The notes under the pieces are model-generated. The model saw only the letters and a list, made by a program, of their open reading frames with translations. It was not told the origin of the DNA and ran no database searches. A stretch of 64,000 nucleotides of DNA from Candidatus Nanopelagicales bacterium (GTDB taxonomy: Bacteria; Actinomycetota; Actinomycetes; S36-B12): assembly GCA_018402235.1 (NCBI GenBank), contig JAGYJJ010000005.1:258219-322218 (forward strand), written 5' to 3'. Made by a program: the position numbers and the translations under genes. Shown piece after piece: positions 60,069 through 64,000 of this stretch. Position 1 is the first letter of the stretch; each line of letters starts with the position of its first letter.

Positions 60069-60454
60069 GGGGTTATCGCCACTGCGATAACAACCACGCT
60101 GATGCACACCACCGGCATGGCAATCACCGCCTGCCACGCAGCTTTTCGGTTCTCACTCCACGCACGGTTGATGAAGAGCGCATAAGTCGAGTATGTGGTC
60201 AAGGCCCCGCACGCTCCGGTCGCGATCAACGCGCGCCAGTGACCATCGAGGCTTGAATAAGCAATACCAATGAACAGCGAACCGAGAGCATTAACAGCCA
60301 ACAGACCCCAGGGAAAACCAACGTGCCGCCCCTGGCCCTGACTTCGACCCTGACTCTTACTCACCGTTCGCATCACGCGGGTATCGATGAACAGGCGCAA
60401 CGGCGCTCCGATCGCGCCACCCAGCGCCACAGCCATCGCAAATGTCCAACTCAT
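60065..60454 (-). CDS. crcB: fluoride ion channel CrcB/FluC (second subunit)
   Basis: ORF track, 129 aa, four TM segments. GALTTYSTY motif. Overlaps the upstream crcB by 4 nt. Confidence 0.85.
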   Translation of the reverse strand: MSWTFAMAVALGGAIGAPLRLFIDTRVMRTVSKSQGRSQGQGRHVGFPWGLLAVNALGSLFIGIAYSSLDGHWRALIATGACGALTTYSTYALFINRAWSENRKAAWQAVIAMPVVCISVVVIAVAITP

Positions 60455-60852
60455 GATGCGTACCTCGTGCGATTAGTCCCGGGGTTGAGTCGACTACCCA
60501 GCGCCACGGCCCCGGCGGTCGCGCCGATCGTCGCCAGCACGTAGACCCCTGCGAGCACGACCCCTGTCACGTCCCCGCGGTCAGCCAGAACGAAGGTCTC
60601 CTCAGCAAAGGCCGAGTAGGTGGTGAAGCCTCCGAGGAATCCGGTCACCACGAATCCGGCGACCCACGGGCTTCGTGTCACAACGACCGGCGCCAGGAAG
60701 CCGATCAAGGCGCAGCCGACCACGTTCACGATCAATGTGTCCCAGGGGAAGGTGGCCGCTGGTCCAAGCCAGGCAAGGACCCCTTCGCCGACCAACCATC
60801 GGCCCAGGGCGCCCAAGGCCCCGCCGATAGCAGCCGCCAGCCACACCCGCAC
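60451..60852 (-). CDS. crcB: fluoride ion channel CrcB/FluC (first subunit)
   Basis: ORF track, 133 aa. GALGRW...NVVGCALIG...GFLGGFTTYSAF. Confidence 0.85.
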   Translation of the reverse strand: MRVWLAAAIGGALGALGRWLVGEGVLAWLGPAATFPWDTLIVNVVGCALIGFLAPVVVTRSPWVAGFVVTGFLGGFTTYSAFAEETFVLADRGDVTGVVLAGVYVLATIGATAGAVALGSRLNPGTNRTRYAS

Positions 60853-60882
60853 GCGCGGAGCGTATCGGCCACGGCTTTGGAT

Positions 60883-60909
60883 TTAGCACTCTTGCCAATC
60901 GAGTGCTAA
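60883..60909. promoter_or_regulatory. CIRCE element (HrcA operator), perfect consensus TTAGCACTC-N9-GAGTGCTAA
   Basis: Read directly: TTAGCACTC ttgccaatc GAGTGCTAA. It ends 25 nt before the GTG start (60935), with an AAGGAGG RBS in between. Confidence 0.85.
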
Positions 60910-60934
60910 TCTCAGCGATCGACAAGGAGGTCAG

Positions 60935-61315
60935 GTGCCCACCTACGAATACGCGTGTGGCTCGTGCGATACCCATCACGAGATCGTTCAAAAGATGACC
61001 GACCCCACCTTGACCGAATGCCCCGACTGCGGTCAGCCCACGCTGCGCAAGCTGTTCAACGGCGTGGGAGTCGTCTTCAAGGGCTCGGGTTTCTACCGAA
61101 CCGACTCCCGCTCCTCCGATAAGGGTGACAAAGGATCCAGCGAGAAAGGATCCGGTAATTCTGAGAGCACTTCCACTCAGTCCTCAGAAAAGACCTCTGG
61201 GAAGTCCTCGGACTCCTCATCGAAGCCCGCCTCGACTTCATCCTCGGGAAATTCATCCTCGGGAAGCTCATCGTCCAGCAGCTCACCGGCCAAGAAGTCG
61301 ACCTCTTCCACCTAA
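60935..61315 (+). CDS. FmdB-family zinc-ribbon protein with Ser-rich disordered tail (Rv0991c/Ruc-like)
   Basis: ORF track, 126 aa. MPTYEYACGSCDTHHE...CPDCG zinc ribbon, then an S/K/G-rich low-complexity tail. Confidence 0.85.
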   Translation: MPTYEYACGSCDTHHEIVQKMTDPTLTECPDCGQPTLRKLFNGVGVVFKGSGFYRTDSRSSDKGDKGSSEKGSGNSESTSTQSSEKTSGKSSDSSSKPASTSSSGNSSSGSSSSSSSPAKKSTSST

Positions 61316-61387
61316 GAAGTCCCAGCTCTCTGGCGGCCTGTGGATAAGCGTTCGCGCGGACCCACCGGATCGTCGTACCGTCCTTAG

Positions 61388-61840
61388 GTGGCGTCACTCA
61401 AAGAATCCGTACTCGACTTCCGTCGGCTGCTCGATGTACAGCGCATTCGCCATACCCTCACCCGGCGACGCCGCCTGGTGGCCGCTGTTCTCGCGGGGCT
61501 GGGAGTCATTTTCTTGATCTCATCGTTGCGCGGGCCGGCCCCGGTCGCGATCGAAGATTCCGCGACTGGAACGGGGCTGCACGCCGATGAAGTTGCCGTT
61601 CCCGTGGTTGTCCGACCAGGTGTGGTGGTTGGTGCGCTTACCCCCGGGATGATCATCGACCTGATCGGTGATGGTCACACAACTCGCGAAGCCCGCATCG
61701 TCGGGATTCCCCGGTCCGGGTTCGGACCGACGTCGGATGCGGTTGTTGTGGTGGCGGTTTCCGAAGCACAAGGACTCGCCCTCGCCTCCCACTCTTCTGC
61801 CGGCCTGAATGTCATTATTCGACCAACCACTGTCGAATGA
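61388..61840 (+). CDS. SAF/CpaB-like domain membrane-anchored protein
   Basis: ORF track, 150 aa. An Arg-rich N-terminus plus a TM helix, then a beta-rich domain (VVRPGVVVGALTPGMIIDLIG...VVVVAVSEAQGLALA). Conserved position upstream of mscL. Confidence 0.5.
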   Translation: MASLKESVLDFRRLLDVQRIRHTLTRRRRLVAAVLAGLGVIFLISSLRGPAPVAIEDSATGTGLHADEVAVPVVVRPGVVVGALTPGMIIDLIGDGHTTREARIVGIPRSGFGPTSDAVVVVAVSEAQGLALASHSSAGLNVIIRPTTVE

Positions 61841-61849
61841 GGTGATGAG

Positions 61850-62228
61850 ATGTTCAAGGGTTTCAAGGAGTTTGCCTACCGTGGCAACGTCATCGATCTT
61901 GCCGTAGCGGTTGTTGCCGGTGCTGCAATCACGGCACTCGTGGGCGACTTCACTACAGCCATGGTCAACCCACTGATCGGGTTGGCCCTTGGTGGTGGCG
62001 TGGACGTCGGTGTTGTCACGGTCAACGGACAGGTCTTCGACTTCACCTTGCTCGATCAATTCACTCATCACATTCATCATCACGCTGCTGGTGATCTACT
62101 ACGCACTCGTCGTTCCCGTGAACAAGTTGCGCGAGCGTCAAGAAGCCAGGGACGAAGCCGAGCCCGAGCCCACACCTGAGGACATCGCCTTGTTGAGTGA
62201 GATTCGCGACCTACTTAAGCGCTCCTGA
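61850..62228 (+). pseudogene. mscL: large-conductance mechanosensitive channel, one frameshift as assembled
   Basis: ORF-track pieces 61850..62179 (MFKGFKEFAYRGNVIDLAVAVV...) and 61989..62228 (...INSLITFIITLLVIYYALVVPVNKL...LLSEIRDLLKRS). They are joined by removing one base near 62048-62058. Confidence 0.85.
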
Positions 62229-62408
62229 GGTCTATCGCTCAACCGTGGTGCGGGGGGACCTGGTCACGTAGCCATTGCTCACGGCTCAACTCTTCGCGGG
62301 CATCTTCGGGGTCAATATCGTCGCGCGTTTGCTCCGGCAGCAACTCTTCAGGACCCACAACCGCCAGGGTACGTCAATGACAATCCGGGCAGCGCGTAAC
62401 GTCAGAGC

Positions 62409-63290
62409 GTGAGCGATCGAGTCCACGACGCCGCCACATGGCGCACGCTCGCCAGCGAGCATGCCCGGCGCGCTGAGCGCTGGACTATTCCCCATCTCGA
62501 GCGGCGTCGACGCGGTGATAAGCACCCGGTGATGGACTTTCTGTTCGACTACTACCCGTACTCCCCGGGCAAGTTGCGCACCTGGCACCCAGGGATTGGT
62601 GTTGAACTTCGAGGTGATTGGCAGCCGCCATCGGGAGCATCTGCGTACAGGTCCACGGCCCGCGGCTGGACGGTCGATCCCGCCACTGTCGATCCGGCCC
62701 GGCTGTCACTTGCCCTGCGGATACTCCAGGGCACACAGACGAGACCGGCTCAGCATTCATGCTTCGGTATGCACGAGTGGGCGATGGTCTACCGGATCGA
62801 TCCTGGACAGGTACGCCACGAGAAGCAGCCGCTCCGGCTGAGCATCAATGAGATCAGCGCGGCGGTCGATGAGGTGGGGCTGCGCTGCACCCACATCGAC
62901 GCTTACCGCTTCTTCACTGACGAAGCCGTCCCCTTAAACGCGACCGTCCCAACACGGACAGACCAACCCGATGTCGAGCAGCCAGGCTGCCTGCACGCCA
63001 ACATGGATCTGTTCAAGTACGCGATGTGGTTTCAGCCCTACGTTCCCGGGGACCTGGTGTTGGACTGCTTCGAATTGTCGGCTTATGCCCGCGAGATTGA
63101 TATGCGTGCGTCTCCCTACAACGTTAGTGATTTCGGGTACCCGGCCATCGCTATCGAAACCCCAACCGGGCGCCGGGAGTACGCGCGTGAGCAGCGAGTG
63201 ATCGCCGAGCGAGCGCGGCCCCTTCGCGCGCAACTGCTGAGCACACTGCGCGCAGTCGAATCAGCTGCTACGCGCGTCCCTTCAGCATGA
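62409..63290 (+). CDS. conserved hypothetical protein (family often labelled 3-methyladenine DNA glycosylase-like in actinobacteria; function unverified)
   Basis: ORF track, 293 aa. Motif HPVMDFLFDYYPYSPGKLRTWHPG. The 3' end overlaps the convergent downstream gene by 23 nt. Confidence 0.5.
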   Translation: MSDRVHDAATWRTLASEHARRAERWTIPHLERRRRGDKHPVMDFLFDYYPYSPGKLRTWHPGIGVELRGDWQPPSGASAYRSTARGWTVDPATVDPARLSLALRILQGTQTRPAQHSCFGMHEWAMVYRIDPGQVRHEKQPLRLSINEISAAVDEVGLRCTHIDAYRFFTDEAVPLNATVPTRTDQPDVEQPGCLHANMDLFKYAMWFQPYVPGDLVLDCFELSAYAREIDMRASPYNVSDFGYPAIAIETPTGRREYAREQRVIAERARPLRAQLLSTLRAVESAATRVPSA

Positions 63291-64000
63291 GACTCCAGTA
63301 CAGGTTGGGAAGGCCCACCTTCTTCAGCAACGTGTAGTCGGTGAATTCCTTCTTCTGGTCGATCAGTGGTAGCGACGGCTTCATGTTGAAGTCGTAGTCG
63401 AATTCGCAGAGCAGCATCTTCTTGCGGCTCGTGGTGATCGGGCAGGACGCATAACCGTCGTAACTACCTGCGCCCACGCTTCCCTTGAGCGAAGCCAGCA
63501 GGTTTTCGACGAGAACCGGTGCCTGCTTGCGGATCGCCGCACCGGTCTTGGAGTTTGGCGTGGTGGTGCAGTCCCCGAGCGCGAATACGTCCGGGTAGAC
63601 GTTGTGCTGCATCGTGTGCTTGTTGACTCCCACGTAGCCCATGGGGTTCTCGGGATCTGCGAGCGGGGAGTTCTTGATCCAATCGGGGGCGCTTTGCGGT
63701 GGAGTCATGTGGGCGAAGGAGTATTCGATCGTGTCTGTTTCACCGGTCTCGTTGCTCTTGATCGTGACGGTGTGATTGACCGGATCCATCTCGGTGATGA
63801 CGGAGTTGAAGCGGACATCAATGCCGTAGCCGGCAGCCACCTTCGCCAGGACATCGGACCATTCCTTGATGCCGAACATGCCCGGTGTGGGAAGAACCAT
63901 GATCGGGTTGATGTTGCCGAGCACGCCTTGTTCGCGCCAGTAATCGCAGGCCAGGTAGGCGATCTTCTGGGGAGCGCCCGCGCACTTGATCGGATTGGGT
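63268..64000 (-). CDS. NAD(P)/FAD-dependent oxidoreductase, sulfide:quinone oxidoreductase-like; 5' end beyond the window
   Basis: ORF track 63268..63924, with the frame staying open to the window end (...CAGAPQKIAYLACDYWREQGVLGNINP...). The C-terminal part carries FALGDCTTTPNSKTGAAIRKQ. Confidence 0.75.
   Translation of the reverse strand, partial: PNPIKCAGAPQKIAYLACDYWREQGVLGNINPIMVLPTPGMFGIKEWSDVLAKVAAGYGIDVRFNSVITEMDPVNHTVTIKSNETGETDTIEYSFAHMTPPQSAPDWIKNSPLADPENPMGYVGVNKHTMQHNVYPDVFALGDCTTTPNSKTGAAIRKQAPVLVENLLASLKGSVGAGSYDGYASCPITTSRKKMLLCEFDYDFNMKPSLPLIDQKKEFTDYTLLKKVGLPNLYWSLMLKGRA

Noticed and set aside
60853-60934. A fluoride riboswitch (crcB motif) upstream of the crcB pair.
   Set aside because: Read on the minus strand, the region lacks the conserved riboswitch core segments. 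The only strong structure is the CIRCE palindrome belonging to the divergent gene. A covariance-model scan would be needed to be certain.
16045-62228. Programmed ribosomal frameshifting or genuine pseudogenisation as the explanation for the split genes.
   Set aside because: No slippery heptamers or stimulatory structures are evident. The shifts go in both directions, mostly at short homopolymers, and they hit essential genes (metG, ispE). Indel error is the simplest reading, but it cannot be proven without reads.
1-64000. CRISPR arrays, IS elements, integrases, prophage genes, toxin-antitoxin or recognisable defence-system genes.
   Set aside because: None were found. The only tandem repeat is 15 bp x3. 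No ORF shows transposase, recombinase, nuclease-helicase or similar defence signatures.

Overview
This window is a high-GC actinobacterial chromosome segment with Micrococcales-like gene order. A conserved housekeeping backbone runs through it: mazG, mfd, cysQ-like, pth, rplY, prs, glmU, tRNA-Gln; then ispE, rsmA, tatD, metG, rsmI, pmt; then a rimJ-like gene, galU, 5-FTHF cyclo-ligase, two crcB genes, a ruc-like zinc-ribbon gene and mscL. Four accessory modules interrupt it. (i) 1-11.5 kb holds a choline/glycine-betaine module: a non-pyrrolysine MttB-family methyltransferase, a corrinoid protein, MetV/MetF-like genes, an IclR regulator, betA, betB and an OpuA-type ABC importer. (ii) 15.8-19.7 kb holds a MacAB-like exporter with a 585-aa coiled-coil adaptor. 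(iii) 19.9-25 kb is a visibly lower-GC block with a NitT/TauT-type ABC importer and a Cys-type sulfatase, followed by an amidohydrolase and a DUF885 gene coupled to mazG. (iv) 47.9-56.7 kb is an island abutting the 3' end of tRNA-Ala. It encodes a secreted multi-domain surface protein of about 1,430 aa, a NarL-type two-component system, a TetR/membrane-protein pair and a lipoprotein with a duplicated Cys/Trp module. The strongest signal is in this island. One 12-bp inverted repeat (TCACA-N2-TGTGA) sits exactly 41 nt upstream of three start codons: the giant protein, the response-regulator operon and the lipoprotein. Each copy is followed by 29 nt, a -10-like hexamer and 6 nt, which suggests a small leaderless, activator-dependent regulon. 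Other sequence-level signals are a perfect CIRCE element before the ruc-like gene, tandem palindromic operators before the MarR, TetR and desaturase genes, and a 15-bp x3 tandem repeat in the galU/MTHFS promoter region. At least ten single-base frameshifts split otherwise conserved genes, including the essential metG and ispE. Several sit at short homopolymers, so indel errors in the assembly are more likely than real gene decay. I found no CRISPR array, rRNA, transposase or integrase. Motif coordinates were anchored to ORF-track coordinates and may be off by 1-2 nt.
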